Part shown: positions 38,870 to 49,420 of the stretch, one piece after another
How the letters are laid out: the number at the start of each line of letters is the position of its first letter
How positions within the stretch are numbered: position 1 is the stretch's first letter
From: Candidatus Latescibacterota bacterium
GTDB taxonomy: Bacteria; Latescibacterota; UBA2968
Direction: 5' to 3'
DNA: 64,000 nucleotides
Assembly (NCBI GenBank): GCA_965204745.1
Contig: OZ242010.1
Coordinates: 2,240,001 to 2,304,000, forward strand
The notes under the pieces: model-generated
Database searches by the model: none
What the model was told of the DNA's origin: nothing
Seen by the model: the letters and a program-made list of their open reading frames with translations, nothing else
Position numbers and translations under genes: made by a program

Positions 38870-40972
38870 TCACAGGTTGATTTCAAACGCGCAGTAGAGG
38901 CCGAAGGGGGCCGCGGGGATGATGGAGGGGGCCGGACCGCCAAAGCCTTGGGTGTCGTATTTTTGATCGGTCAGGTTTTTGGCGTTGATGCGGAAGGTCA
39001 CGCGCTTGTAAGTGTGCGATGCCGAGGCGTCCCACGTCCACACAGCCGCGATTTGGTACTCATTGTCCGGGGCGATGAACTGGCGGGTGACGTAGCGCGT
39101 GCCGAGGCCAAATTCCAAGCCATTATCCCAACCGATGGCGGTCCACACGTTGAGAATGTGGCGCGGGGAAAAGGCGGGCGCGTTTCCGGATCGGTCGGTG
39201 GGCTGATAGACGACGCCGGTTTGCGTGAACACGGGAACGATTTCCGCGAACCGGGTGAGCGTGGCATCGGAAAATGCGTAGGACAAAAAGGTGTGCCAGT
39301 TTCGCACCGGGCGCAGCATCACTTCGAGTTCGATGCCGCGAGATCGCTGGTCGCCCTCTTGTTGGGTGATGCCCGTGGCGTCGGGAATGGCGATGTTGTT
39401 TTTGGTCAAATTGTAAAACGCGACAGAGGCGTGCAAGCGGTTGTCCATGAGGTATTTTTTCGCGCCCACTTCAATTTGCGCGCTCTCTTCGGTTTGCCGA
39501 GGGCCGGCGACTCGGGTGGAGGGCGGGGCAAAGGCCCTGCCCGCATTGGCGTAAAACGAGAGGTCCGCAGTCGGCGAGAACACCAGCCCGGCCATGGGAC
39601 TCAGTTTATTGTACTCTCGCGCCGTGTTTGTGAGGGGGTCGTCGTAATCGATGCGGTCGTAGCGCGCGCCGAGGAAGGCTTGAGCGCGGTCCGAAAAGGC
39701 CATGCGGTTCACGATGTAGGGCGCGATGACCAGACTTCTGGCATCCGCGAATTGGTACGGGGAGCTTTCGGGCAACTGGCTCGCGGTTTCCGTGGGCGAG
39801 GCCAGGTCAATGGGGAGCAGATTGGCTGTGTCTAAGGTGAATTTGTCTTTCCACTGCATCAGTTCTAGCCCTGCCAACAAGGTGTGTTCAACGCGGCCGG
39901 TTGAGAATGTGAACAGCAATTCGGCCTGATTGCCCAAGACTTTTTGGCGGTCGTCCAAGAGCAACAAGGTGCGGTAGATGTCCAACCCCTGCTGGGCATT
40001 GGGGAAAATGGCACTGAACAAGGTGCCGTCCGATACCCACGAGAAATCCGTGTAATAGAGTTTGTCGCGCAAGGTGACGCGCTTGGACAGGCGAGATTGC
40101 ACATCGAATCGGGCGCGGTAAATTTTTTGGTCGGACGTGTCAAAGGGCGATTGGTACGACTGCGTGCGCGGCACTTCGGCCACGCTTCCGTTGACGATGG
40201 GCAGGCCCGAGTCCGGTTTGTATTTGCTCGTGACGTATTCAAAATTGACGGTCGCGGTGGTGTTGTCATCGACCCGCCAGGTCGCGGCCGGGTTGATGGC
40301 CCACAAGCCGCTGTTTTTGTCGTCTCGGTACCCGTTGGAAACTTGGCGCAGGGCATTGACGCGCAGGGCCGTGCCGCGTTCCAAATTCGCCCAGTTGCCG
40401 TCTATGGTGCCGCGCCCCGTGTTGTACGGGCCGTAAGAACCCGTCACTTGGAGGGCGTTTGAGAAAATGGGTTGTTTGCGGCTCAAGTTGACCGATCCAG
40501 ACAGGGGGTTGCCCCCGTATAAAAACGCGCCCGGGCCTTTGAGCACTTCCACGCGCTCCAAGTTGTAGAGGTGGTAAAATGTGGCTTCTGGCTCAGACGC
40601 GCCATCGGTGAGCACCAAGCCGCTGGTGAGCGAATCGAACCCGCGAATGACGAAGAAATCCGTGACTCCAGAGATGGTTTGGATGTTGACGCCGCTGATG
40701 TTTCGCAGCGCGTCTCCCAAAACCACGCCGCTTTGATGCTCGAACAAGCCGTGATTGACCACGCCGATGCTGGCCGGGGTCAATCGGATGGGCACTGGGA
40801 TTTTGGTCGCCACCGTGCTGACCGTGGGGACTTTTTCCTTGCTCTCCGTCACCACGATCTCCTCGCCCGCATAAACGGGCAGTTCGCTTTCTTCTTCCGC
40901 GTCCTCTGCAAAGATGAGGTTTGTCGAGAGGCAGAGGATACAGGTCAGTGTGAAGAAGTGGCGGAGGTGCAT
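38870..40972 (-). CDS. TonB-dependent receptor (siderophore-receptor-like)
   Basis: Signal peptide; EEIVVT TonB box; IRGF and ERVEVLKGP plug motifs; RSRGIE and NLTD barrel motifs. Confidence 0.9.
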   Translation of the reverse strand: MHLRHFFTLTCILCLSTNLIFAEDAEEESELPVYAGEEIVVTESKEKVPTVSTVATKIPVPIRLTPASIGVVNHGLFEHQSGVVLGDALRNISGVNIQTISGVTDFFVIRGFDSLTSGLVLTDGASEPEATFYHLYNLERVEVLKGPGAFLYGGNPLSGSVNLSRKQPIFSNALQVTGSYGPYNTGRGTIDGNWANLERGTALRVNALRQVSNGYRDDKNSGLWAINPAATWRVDDNTTATVNFEYVTSKYKPDSGLPIVNGSVAEVPRTQSYQSPFDTSDQKIYRARFDVQSRLSKRVTLRDKLYYTDFSWVSDGTLFSAIFPNAQQGLDIYRTLLLLDDRQKVLGNQAELLFTFSTGRVEHTLLAGLELMQWKDKFTLDTANLLPIDLASPTETASQLPESSPYQFADARSLVIAPYIVNRMAFSDRAQAFLGARYDRIDYDDPLTNTAREYNKLSPMAGLVFSPTADLSFYANAGRAFAPPSTRVAGPRQTEESAQIEVGAKKYLMDNRLHASVAFYNLTKNNIAIPDATGITQQEGDQRSRGIELEVMLRPVRNWHTFLSYAFSDATLTRFAEIVPVFTQTGVVYQPTDRSGNAPAFSPRHILNVWTAIGWDNGLEFGLGTRYVTRQFIAPDNEYQIAAVWTWDASASHTYKRVTFRINAKNLTDQKYDTQGFGGPAPSIIPAAPFGLYCAFEINL

Positions 40973-40997
40973 GGAAATCTCCTTGGCGTAGTGGTTA

Positions 40998-41286
40998 GAC
41001 GGCTTAAACGGTTTATCGAGAAAATCAAGTCCTGACGTTCCGCAGTATCGGGGCCTACCCCCCTAGCCCCCGTTACTCGCTACGCTTCGTTGTAGGCTAC
41101 GCCTGTGCCTGCGAGGAAGGGGGGAACGGTGAGCGGTTTTGCGAAGGTATTGATGGGGTTTTTTAATCGCTTTATGCCCTATCGGGACCTACCCCCCTAG
41201 CCCCCCTTCCTGCGAGGAAGGGGGGAACAGTGAGCGGTTTTGCGAGGGCATTGATGAGGGTTTTTAATCGCCTTATCCCCTCGGTC
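40998..41286. repeat. IS5-remnant/family A end followed by family B units
   Basis: CGGTTTATCGAGAAAATCAAG + CCTGACGTTCCGCAG, then two CCTGCGAGGAAGGGGGG units. Confidence 0.65.
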
Positions 41287-41656
41287 AACGCCATCGGAGC
41301 AACCAGAGCGAGAAGCCATCAAAGGGACTTTACTCCCCTTTCCTCGTAGGAAAGGGGCCGGGGGATAGGTCCCCTCGCAAAACGCCATCAGAGCAACCAG
41401 AGCGAGAAGCCATCAAAGGCACTTTACTCTCCTTTCCTCATAGGAAAGGGGCCGGGGGATAGGTCCCCTCGCAAAACGCCATCAGAGCAACCAGACCGAG
41501 AAGCCATCAAAGGGATTTTACTCCCCTTTCCTCGTAGGAAAGGGGCCGGGGGATAGGTCCCCTCGCAAAACGCCATCAGAGCAACCAGACCGAGAAGCCA
41601 TCAAAGGGACTTTACTCCCCTTTCCTCGTAGGAAAGGGGCCGGGGGATAGGTCCCC
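41287..41656. repeat. Tandem array of four near-identical 94-bp units, each with a CCCCTTTCCTCGTAGGAAAGGGG palindrome
   Basis: AACGCCATC recurs at 41287, 41381, 41475 and 41569. Confidence 0.9.
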
Positions 41657-42868
41657 ATCCGATATATTCAAACACGCGATTTTGTGCATGTCGCGGATGA
41701 ACAATTTGCCGTTGGCGAGTGTGGGGGCGGTCCAGCAAGTGCCTGACAGGACTTGCGCGTTGGCTTTTTCGCGGAAGGCTTCGGGCGATGCCTCGGCCAG
41801 TGCGAGTTTGCCCTTGTCGCTCAAGATGATCAAATGCCCATCCGCGTAGATGAGCGATCCTTTGCCATACCCGCGCTGCCGCCACTGCTGTTCGCCCGTG
41901 CTGGCGTGGATACATTTTAGGTTCGAGTTGTCAAACCCGTAGAGGTAGTCGCCGAGCAAGATGGAGGTGCTGAAATGATTTTTCATGACGCGGCTTTCCC
42001 ACACTTTTGTGACGTTCAAGCCCTCGCCGCGTTGTTCGATTTGCAAGAGGGCCGCGCCGTGGTCGTAGCCCGAAGAAATGAAGATGCGATTTGGGGGCAC
42101 GACAATGGGCGTGGCGATGTTCAGGTCGTACTGGGTCTCCCAGGGAAATCGCCAGTAGAGCGCGCCATCGGCGGGCGAGAGGCCAACGGCTGCTTCGCCA
42201 GAGACAAAGACCACTTGGCGAGTGCCCGCGAGGGTCGTGGCGATGGGCGAGGAGTAGGATACGATGTCGTTTTGAGACGCCCATTTGATCTCCCCGGTTG
42301 TTTTGTCCAATGCGAGAAAGGTGCCGCGGCGCGCGCCGGTTTCCAAGAGCAGGAGGCCGTTTTCGACCAGCGGCGAAGTTGAAAACCCGAATCTCGGGAT
42401 GCGACTGCCCAATTCGTCGCGCAGGTTGACCTGCCACAATTTTTTGCCATCCCTGGCGTCGAGGGCGTACAACACGCCCGTCGCGCCGAGCACGAAGACC
42501 CGATTCTCATCCACAGTGGGTTGGGCCCGAGGGCCGTTCCCGCCCTGGCGTTCATGGAATTTGGCACCGGTTTTGAATCGCCAGATTTCCGCGCCGGTCG
42601 CTTCGTCGAGGCAGATGGCAAATTCGCTTTCGCGGTCAGAGAACATGGTATAGACCCGTCTATCGGCGACCGAGATCCCGGAAAAGCCCTCGCCGAGTTC
42701 TGTTTCCCAAACGACGGGCGGCCCGTCTGCGGGCCAAGTCGTCAACAGCCCGGTTTCAGATGAATGCCCAGTCCTATCAGGCCCAAGCCACTGCGGCCAG
42801 TCGGCATGCGCGAGATGAAACGAAAAACAAATTGCTATGGCGATGAACGAGTAATGCCGGTATGACAT
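41612..42868 (-). CDS. Exported PQQ-type (BamB-like) beta-propeller protein
   Basis: Signal peptide; DWPQWLGP; repeated LDxxTGxxxW; YSSP. Confidence 0.85.
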   Translation of the reverse strand: MSYRHYSFIAIAICFSFHLAHADWPQWLGPDRTGHSSETGLLTTWPADGPPVVWETELGEGFSGISVADRRVYTMFSDRESEFAICLDEATGAEIWRFKTGAKFHERQGGNGPRAQPTVDENRVFVLGATGVLYALDARDGKKLWQVNLRDELGSRIPRFGFSTSPLVENGLLLLETGARRGTFLALDKTTGEIKWASQNDIVSYSSPIATTLAGTRQVVFVSGEAAVGLSPADGALYWRFPWETQYDLNIATPIVVPPNRIFISSGYDHGAALLQIEQRGEGLNVTKVWESRVMKNHFSTSILLGDYLYGFDNSNLKCIHASTGEQQWRQRGYGKGSLIYADGHLIILSDKGKLALAEASPEAFREKANAQVLSGTCWTAPTLANGKLFIRDMHKIACLNISDGDLSPGPFPTRKGE

Positions 42869-42916
42869 GATATTCTCCTGTAAAAAAAAATGAACAAGTG
42901 ACGCCTAAAATGCAAT

Positions 42917-44263
42917 TTAGGTGTAGCGGGCGTTGCGGTATTTGGGGTGGTAAAATTCGGGGAGGAGTTGGTCCACGCGCAGGAGCCCCTGGCGGCTTAG
43001 GGTGATGCTGTGGGAATCGAAAGACAACATCGCGGCATCGCGGAGTTCGCGGTAGATCGGCCCGAATCGCTGCAGGATATCCACGCCGAATTTGTCTTGA
43101 AAATACGCGGTTTCGATGCGCCCGAGTTTGAGTTGCAGGATCATTTCCCTGATCAGACGCTCTTCTTCTGTGGGCACAAAAGATCGGTTGATCGGGAGTT
43201 GCCCGCGGCCCGCGGCGTCGATGTACGGGTCCCAGTGCGTCTGGTTTTGGAAGTGCATGCCGCCTGCGTGGGAAAATGAGGCCACGCCCGTGCCGATGAG
43301 GTCCGCGCTGCGCCACAGGGCGTCCCGATAGATGAATTTGTTTGGGCGACCTTTTTTTGTCAAGGTGTACGCGCTAGAGGGTTCATAGCCCGCGGTGGCG
43401 AATTGTTCGATAGCGTAATCGTGCCATTCCCGCTTGGTTTGCCAGTCTGCGACCGGCACCCCATTGCCGCTGCGGATGGCCTGCGAGTACGTGGTGTTGA
43501 AGGGCAGTTCCATCTGGTAAATGGTCACGCTGTCCGCATCGAGGTCGATGGTGCGCTGCACTGTGTCTCGCCACGTCTCGAATACCTCCCCCACCATGCC
43601 CGCGATGAGATCCACGTTGACCTGTGCGAATCGTTGCGCTTTGACCCATGGCATGACCGCGTAAATTTCCTTGCTGACGTGGGCGCGGCCATTTTCGCGC
43701 AAGATGTCGTCGTTCAAATTTTCCAACCCCAAGCTCAAGCGCGTGACCCCGATATCGCGGATGGCCTCAACTTTGGATTGCGACAAAGTGCCCGGCTCGC
43801 ATTCAAATGCCACTTCTTCGGCAGCGTCCCACGGCATCGCGGCTTTGACCCGATCCACCAAAGCGCGTAGGTGTTTGACGCTGATGTAGGACGGGGTTCC
43901 GCCCCCAAAATAGATGAAGTGCAATGCGCGGCCCGCAATGCGCGGCAGGGTGCTGTACGTTTCGACTTCGCGGGCCAGGGCGTCCAGGTACGTTTGGATT
44001 TCAGAACTGTTGCGCCCGGTATAAACCCTGAAATAACAGAATTTGCACCGCTTGCGGCAAAAGGGGATGTGCATGTACAAGCCCAAGGGGATGGCTTTGT
44101 CCGCGGGGTCAGCGGCGTGCAACATGGCTTTGATGCGTGCCGTGTTTTCGTCTCGCCAAAAGGAATAGGGCGGGTAATTGGACACAAAGACGCTGCCCAC
44201 GTCTGTTTCCTTCCAAGCCTTGCGGGTGGTAGCCGGCTCTGGAATCAGGATTTGTTCGCTCAT
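42917..44263 (-). CDS. HemN-like (coproporphyrinogen III oxidase family) radical SAM enzyme
   Basis: YMHIPFCRKRCKFCYF, YFGGGTPS, TRLSLG and VDLIAG; ATG 44263 overlaps the upstream stop (ATGA). Confidence 0.85.
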   Translation of the reverse strand: MSEQILIPEPATTRKAWKETDVGSVFVSNYPPYSFWRDENTARIKAMLHAADPADKAIPLGLYMHIPFCRKRCKFCYFRVYTGRNSSEIQTYLDALAREVETYSTLPRIAGRALHFIYFGGGTPSYISVKHLRALVDRVKAAMPWDAAEEVAFECEPGTLSQSKVEAIRDIGVTRLSLGLENLNDDILRENGRAHVSKEIYAVMPWVKAQRFAQVNVDLIAGMVGEVFETWRDTVQRTIDLDADSVTIYQMELPFNTTYSQAIRSGNGVPVADWQTKREWHDYAIEQFATAGYEPSSAYTLTKKGRPNKFIYRDALWRSADLIGTGVASFSHAGGMHFQNQTHWDPYIDAAGRGQLPINRSFVPTEEERLIREMILQLKLGRIETAYFQDKFGVDILQRFGPIYRELRDAAMLSFDSHSITLSRQGLLRVDQLLPEFYHPKYRNARYT

Positions 44264-45378
44264 TTTTGTTCTCCAAAACAATACAAGGTGCCGTCGGTCG
44301 TGCCGATAATCAGCCGGTTGCGCGCCACGCTCGGAGAGGCCACAAAGCCGGAGCCCGCGACAAATTCCCATTCGGGTTCGCCCGTCTGCCGGTTCAAAGC
44401 CACGAGTTTGCCGCCGGTGGTGGCCGCATAGATGCGGTTGCCAGCGATGACCGGAGAGGCTTCAAACCGGGATCGAGAGGCGTAGGTCCACAGGGTTTCG
44501 CCGGTGTCTAGGTGCAAGGCGTGAACCATCTTGTCGCGGCCCGCAACGACGAGCAGATCAGCGGTGAGAGCAGGCGACGCGTAGTAGGGAAATTTGCGTT
44601 GTGGGTGTTCGTAGTGCCACGCGATTTTTTTGTCCTCGAGGTCGATGCACAACACTTGGTTGCCGTACGTGCCCACGTACGCGCGGGTGTTGCGAACCGC
44701 CGCGCTCGCGCCCACGTACGCATCGAGTGCGATTTCCCCGCGTTCTTCGCCGCTATCGATGTCGATCACGCGCAAGAACCCGTCGCATCCCGCGATGAGG
44801 GCCTGCGCTTGCGCGATAGCCGGCATGCCGTGGACGTAGCTATCGGTTTCGACCTGCCACAAGACGGCGCCGTCTTTGGGCGCGAGGCAATAGAGGGTGT
44901 GATCATAAGAGCCGATCAAGATGCGGTCAGGCGTCGCATTGGCCGATGAGAGGATTTCCCCATCTGTTTGAAAGGTCCATAAAACCTTCCCGGTTTGGGC
45001 ATCGACCGCGTGAAAGACGCCATTGCCGTCGCCGACGAAGACGCCGTTGCCCAGGGCCAATGGCGAGGCTTTGATCTCGCCGGTTGCGCGATAGGTCCAC
45101 AGCAACGCGCCGCTGTCCAAATCAAAGGCGTAGAGTTTTTCGTCCAACCCGCCCACATAGACCGCGTTTTGCCAGATCGCGGCTGTGGATTCAATGCCGA
45201 TTTCGATTTGCGCGGTCCACAAAACCGCCATGTCCTGTGGCAGGGCCGTGGCGACGCCTGTGGATTGTGCATCCCCGCGAAACCGCGTCCAGTCTTCTGC
45301 GCGGAGGGGCAGGACAAACAAAAAGCAACCGCTGATGAACGCGGATAACCACAGATGAAGGCGGGAGATGTCGTTCAT
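44260..45378 (-). CDS. Exported PQQ-type beta-propeller protein
   Basis: DWTRFRG; about 8 repeats of (A)SP...G...D...GxxxW. Confidence 0.85.
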   Translation of the reverse strand: MNDISRLHLWLSAFISGCFLFVLPLRAEDWTRFRGDAQSTGVATALPQDMAVLWTAQIEIGIESTAAIWQNAVYVGGLDEKLYAFDLDSGALLWTYRATGEIKASPLALGNGVFVGDGNGVFHAVDAQTGKVLWTFQTDGEILSSANATPDRILIGSYDHTLYCLAPKDGAVLWQVETDSYVHGMPAIAQAQALIAGCDGFLRVIDIDSGEERGEIALDAYVGASAAVRNTRAYVGTYGNQVLCIDLEDKKIAWHYEHPQRKFPYYASPALTADLLVVAGRDKMVHALHLDTGETLWTYASRSRFEASPVIAGNRIYAATTGGKLVALNRQTGEPEWEFVAGSGFVASPSVARNRLIIGTTDGTLYCFGEQK

Positions 45379-46502
45379 GAGTACACCGATGAATAAAGGG
45401 ACAGATAGGCTTGCTCGTCAACGGGTCTTGGGTTAAACGCCCCCGTCCATTGTTCTGTTGCATTTTTTGCCAGCGATGGGAGGTGGTCGCGGGCGACGCC
45501 GAGGTCGCGCAGGCGCGCAGGGAGGTGCGCGCGTTCTTTTAGGGCGATGATTTGCCGGGCGAGGGCGTCGGTATTTTCGCACAGGCCGCGATAGCGCGCG
45601 CTTTGGGTTTCCCCGTTGAATCGGATGACCGCGGGCAACATGAGGCCCACGGCGACGCCATGCGCGATGCCGAAATGCGCGGTTAAGGGATTGGCGCATG
45701 CGTGGGCCGCGCCCAACATGGCGTTTTCAATGGCTGCGCCGGCAAAGTGCGCCCCCAATAGCATGTGGCTTCGCGCCTCTTTGTCAGACGGATGGTCGAG
45801 CACGCGCTCGAAGCCGCGCGAGAGCAAGTGCCACGCCTTTTGCGCGAACAGTTGCGAGATCGGGGTCGCCCGCGTGCAGACGTAGCTTTCGATGGCGTGG
45901 GCCATAGCGTCGATGCCGGTTGCCGCAACCACGGGTCGCGGCGCGCTTTCGATGAGGGACGGATCGAGAATGGCGGTCTTGAATCGCGCTTTGAGGTCCC
46001 CACACGCCATTTTTTCGTGGGTCTTTGCATCGGAGATCAGGGCGTAGGATTGCGCTTCGCTTCCCGTGCCCGCGGTGGTGGGGATGCCGATAGACGGCAA
46101 CATGGGTTTGGTCGCGTGTCCCATGCCCCGGTAATCCGCCATCTGCCCGCCGTTGGTGAGGATGAAGTTGATGCCTTTGGCGCAGTCCATCGCGCTACCC
46201 CCGCCCAGGCCGATGATGCAGTCGATGGGGCCCCGCGCTTTTGCAAATGCCACGCCCGCCGAGACGTGTTGCGTGGTCGGATTTTCACCCGCGCCGTCGA
46301 ACACGCAACACGCGAGGGACGCGCTTTGCAGAGACGCGATGGCCCTGTCCGCAAGCCCGGCGCGCACGATGCCCGGGTCCGTGACGAGCAAGACGCGGTT
46401 GACGCCGAGTTCTGCGGCGCGTTGCCCGAGTTGCGCGAGTGTTCCCTCGCCGAATATCACGCGCGTTGAGGGGTGAAAGTCAAAGGGTGTGTGCGTGTAC
46501 AA
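45375..46502 (-). CDS. Iron-containing alcohol dehydrogenase
   Basis: GLGGGSAMD, PTTAGTGSE, DAMAHAIES and H...AHG metal ligands; TTG start after AAGGAGG. Confidence 0.9.
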   Translation of the reverse strand: MYTHTPFDFHPSTRVIFGEGTLAQLGQRAAELGVNRVLLVTDPGIVRAGLADRAIASLQSASLACCVFDGAGENPTTQHVSAGVAFAKARGPIDCIIGLGGGSAMDCAKGINFILTNGGQMADYRGMGHATKPMLPSIGIPTTAGTGSEAQSYALISDAKTHEKMACGDLKARFKTAILDPSLIESAPRPVVAATGIDAMAHAIESYVCTRATPISQLFAQKAWHLLSRGFERVLDHPSDKEARSHMLLGAHFAGAAIENAMLGAAHACANPLTAHFGIAHGVAVGLMLPAVIRFNGETQSARYRGLCENTDALARQIIALKERAHLPARLRDLGVARDHLPSLAKNATEQWTGAFNPRPVDEQAYLSLYSSVYS

Positions 46503-46519
46503 GGTGGTACCCTCCTTCT

Positions 46520-47947
46520 CTAGCCGGCCCGCCTGGCCCATTGCAGGGCGCGCTGGCGGTACAGGTGTTCAAACAAATTGCCTTCATGGGGCTGATCCCA
46601 CGAGAGTTGATGCGTGGGGATGGCGCCCACATTGAGGCGTTCGACATGGGGGGACGCGAGCAAGTCGTCGATCAACGCGCCGTCTTCGGTCAACGCGGTC
46701 ACCACGAGGCTCGGCCCAATGGCGTTCAACATTTCCGCTTGCGGGACTTCCACTACGCTCGCAAAGGGGAACAGGTACTCGGTATTCGCCAAGGGGTGCG
46801 CCGCATCCTCGCACCAGATAACCGTGGGGGTTAAGAATTTCAAGCCGTGGATTTCCACGAGCCGATCCCCGCGCAATTTTTGTGTGAGGTCTGCCGCGCC
46901 CGGGGTTTTGAGGTGGATATCTATGGCGCCCGATAGTTGCTCTGCGAACGCGGGATTGGTGAACGCGGCGAGTTGCGCGTTGGGGTCGCGCAAGGGCCGC
47001 GCGTGGATCGTCGCCAGTCGCTCGGCGAGTGCTTCGGCGATTTCCCGGCCGCGTGCGGGGACCCACACGCCGGACGCATTGATGCAGGAACGCCCGCCGT
47101 TTGCTGCGATAGAGGACGCGATGAGGTCGAGGTGGTCTTCCCAGCGGTCTATCTCGTCTTCGCCGATGATGATTTTGCTCTGCCCCGGCCCGTGGATTTC
47201 CACGCGGGGGTCGTTTTCCCACGCCGCGACGGTTGCCCCGCCGCCAAAGAGCATGGTGCGCCCGCAGCGCAAGAGGATTTCGGTCGCGCCGCCGTGGTCC
47301 GTGGGGTAAAACCCAAAGGCTTCGGCCGGGCAACCGGCTTTGATAAATGCCTGTGCAATGCGAAAGGGGGTCCACGGTTCTTCGCGCCCAGGTTTCAACG
47401 CCAAGGGCACTTTGAGCGGAATGGCGGGCAGCCACAGCGCGTGGACCCCAGGCGAGTTGCTCGGCAAGATCGCGCCCAGCGCGTCGGTTTGACAAATATA
47501 GCTGAGGGAACGGCCATCTTGATCGCACCAGCCCCCGTCGAGCACCGAGAGGTTTAACCCGCGCGTCAGGCCGCCCAAGATGGGTTCGATCTCATCGCAG
47601 GTGCGCTGAATTTTTGCCATGTTTGCGCGGCAGAGAACTTCGGGCATGCCGGTCGTGCCAGACACTTGCCGTATGTAGTCTTCGGGCGATTGGACGTGAT
47701 CGCCGAGGGGCAAGTCCGCGCTTGCAAACAAGTCCGCGGCGCGACGGGTGATGGCGATGAGTTCAGAGACGCTCATAGCGTCCAGCGCACGTTTGTTCGC
47801 GGCGGCGGTATTTAAGTCTTTTGCGATCAGCCCCCGGTTTGCCTGACTGACCCGGACGAATGGCTCGCGCGTTTGAATGTGCGCGACTTCCTGAACGCTC
47901 AGGCTCGCATAGGGTTTTCCCGCACGCAAAATGGGGATGTGAATCAT
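46520..47947 (-). CDS. Aldehyde dehydrogenase-superfamily protein of reductase type (GriD/EhpG/LuxC-like)
   Basis: LPSNSPG, LKPG, FGG, HGPGQSK (no ELGG), catalytic GRSCINAS, EYLFP and PHEG. Confidence 0.75.
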   Translation of the reverse strand: MIHIPILRAGKPYASLSVQEVAHIQTREPFVRVSQANRGLIAKDLNTAAANKRALDAMSVSELIAITRRAADLFASADLPLGDHVQSPEDYIRQVSGTTGMPEVLCRANMAKIQRTCDEIEPILGGLTRGLNLSVLDGGWCDQDGRSLSYICQTDALGAILPSNSPGVHALWLPAIPLKVPLALKPGREEPWTPFRIAQAFIKAGCPAEAFGFYPTDHGGATEILLRCGRTMLFGGGATVAAWENDPRVEIHGPGQSKIIIGEDEIDRWEDHLDLIASSIAANGGRSCINASGVWVPARGREIAEALAERLATIHARPLRDPNAQLAAFTNPAFAEQLSGAIDIHLKTPGAADLTQKLRGDRLVEIHGLKFLTPTVIWCEDAAHPLANTEYLFPFASVVEVPQAEMLNAIGPSLVVTALTEDGALIDDLLASPHVERLNVGAIPTHQLSWDQPHEGNLFEHLYRQRALQWARRAG

Positions 47948-47986
47948 GGGGTATCCTTATTTAAGTTGTCTGTATCCCGCTTCACA

Positions 47987-48322
47987 TCAGGGATGAATGA
48001 GAAACAGACATTCAGTAGGGATCATGCGGTGCTGGTCTAAAACGTTTGGTCCTACAACCTCGTTGGTTGCATCCGATGCCTTCGGCGACTTCTTTTTTGC
48101 TTGCCCAAAAAAGAAGCAAAAAAGGGCACTCTCAAACGCCGAGAGGCTTGCACAGCGCAATGCGCTTTTGTAACAGAACGATACGCGCCAGCCTGCAAGG
48201 TGGGTTGCATAATGGATGTTGGTTGCGAGACGGACTTGCGCGCTGTGCGTGATGACCTTATCTGATGGTCTGTTGTGATGGCATGGTTGCAAGGGCTTCT
48301 CTGAATGACTGCGGAAGTCAAG
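47987..48322. mobile_element. Family A MITE copy
   Basis: Shares TCAGGGATGAATGAG with 38455 and the core with 820-1146; ends TGCGGAAGTCAAG. Confidence 0.75.
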
Positions 48323-48345
48323 GATCACCTGCTCTTATTTTTTTT

Positions 48346-49420
48346 GGACTTACGCCAGGGTCATTGGTATCGCCGGTGTTTTGAGTTGTTGTCTCAAATA
48401 GTCCTCCCATAAGCCATGTTTGACTTGATAGATGGTTTGTCCGGTCTGATGAGCGACTTGGGTCAGTCGTCCCCAAACGAGAAAGGCACACGCAATGTGG
48501 TTTCGCACAATGCGTGCCAATCGGCATTGACACTTTTCAAGCCCCGTTACCTGTTTTGCTTCCCGGTGAACTTGCTCAATCTTCCAACGCAAGTGGCACA
48601 CCGCTTGTGCCACCGACGGGTCGGTTTGAGTCAAGTCGTTCGTCACGATATACGCCGTGCGTCCCGTAGGAGATGCAACCCGGAATACGTTCACCTTATG
48701 GTTTTTGGGGAACCCTCTGAGTTTCATGCGTTTTCCTGTGGCCTGTTCGCGTTTGGTCCAAGTTAAGGCATCAACCCGTTGATAGGGGTTTTCACCTGCC
48801 GAATCGTCCACGAGGCGATTCTTTTTAATAGGACAGTAATAGGTCTTTTGCAAGTGCTCAATGTGAAGCATGACCGCTTTGGTGGCATACCAAGTATCCA
48901 TCACGACCCGATCAAAAGGCAGCTTTTTGTGAGAGACCAAGAGTGACAACATCTCTTTGACGGGGTCTAACTTGGTTTTTCCGTCCCCTTCTGGGTCATA
49001 AATGCGATAGTCAATCAACCAAAACTGATCGGTAACCGGATTGACATACACACACGTCACCACACCGATCCCATTGATGACCCCCTTCGCATTGCCACTG
49101 TATTGCCGACGCACGAGGGCCATCTTTTTCGCATAGCGCTTGTCTTGGACCGTATCATCAAAGAGAACCACGCCCTTTGCGGTCAACGTGAGGTGGGGGG
49201 TGACGTTTTTCCAGATCTCACGCGGCGAGACGCGATCCCCACCCAGCGTGCGGTTGAGCATATCATGCGTGAACCGATCGCTGTGATCTGCGAAATGAGT
49301 CAGGGTATAGTTGTGCGGACTACTAAGCAAATACTGGCAGTCATCCAGGCGCGTTGGTTTCGCCATACAGACCTCCAATGTGAGGATGGGGGGCGATCTC
49401 GTTCTTTTTTGCGTAAGTCC
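48346..49420 (-). mobile_element. IS701-family insertion sequence
   Basis: Perfect 10-bp terminal inverted repeats GGACTTACGC / GCGTAAGTCC enclosing one transposase ORF. Confidence 0.85.
48350..49366 (-). CDS. IS701-family DDE transposase
   Basis: FDDTVQDK, RQYSGN, MDTWYA and RWKIEQVHREAKQ; stop codon inside the terminal repeat. Confidence 0.85.
   Translation of the reverse strand: MAKPTRLDDCQYLLSSPHNYTLTHFADHSDRFTHDMLNRTLGGDRVSPREIWKNVTPHLTLTAKGVVLFDDTVQDKRYAKKMALVRRQYSGNAKGVINGIGVVTCVYVNPVTDQFWLIDYRIYDPEGDGKTKLDPVKEMLSLLVSHKKLPFDRVVMDTWYATKAVMLHIEHLQKTYYCPIKKNRLVDDSAGENPYQRVDALTWTKREQATGKRMKLRGFPKNHKVNVFRVASPTGRTAYIVTNDLTQTDPSVAQAVCHLRWKIEQVHREAKQVTGLEKCQCRLARIVRNHIACAFLVWGRLTQVAHQTGQTIYQVKHGLWEDYLRQQLKTPAIPMTLA

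Noticed and set aside
41287-41656. Possible CRISPR array (palindromic periodic repeats)
   Set aside because: Whole 94-bp units are near-identical, with no unique spacers and no cas genes
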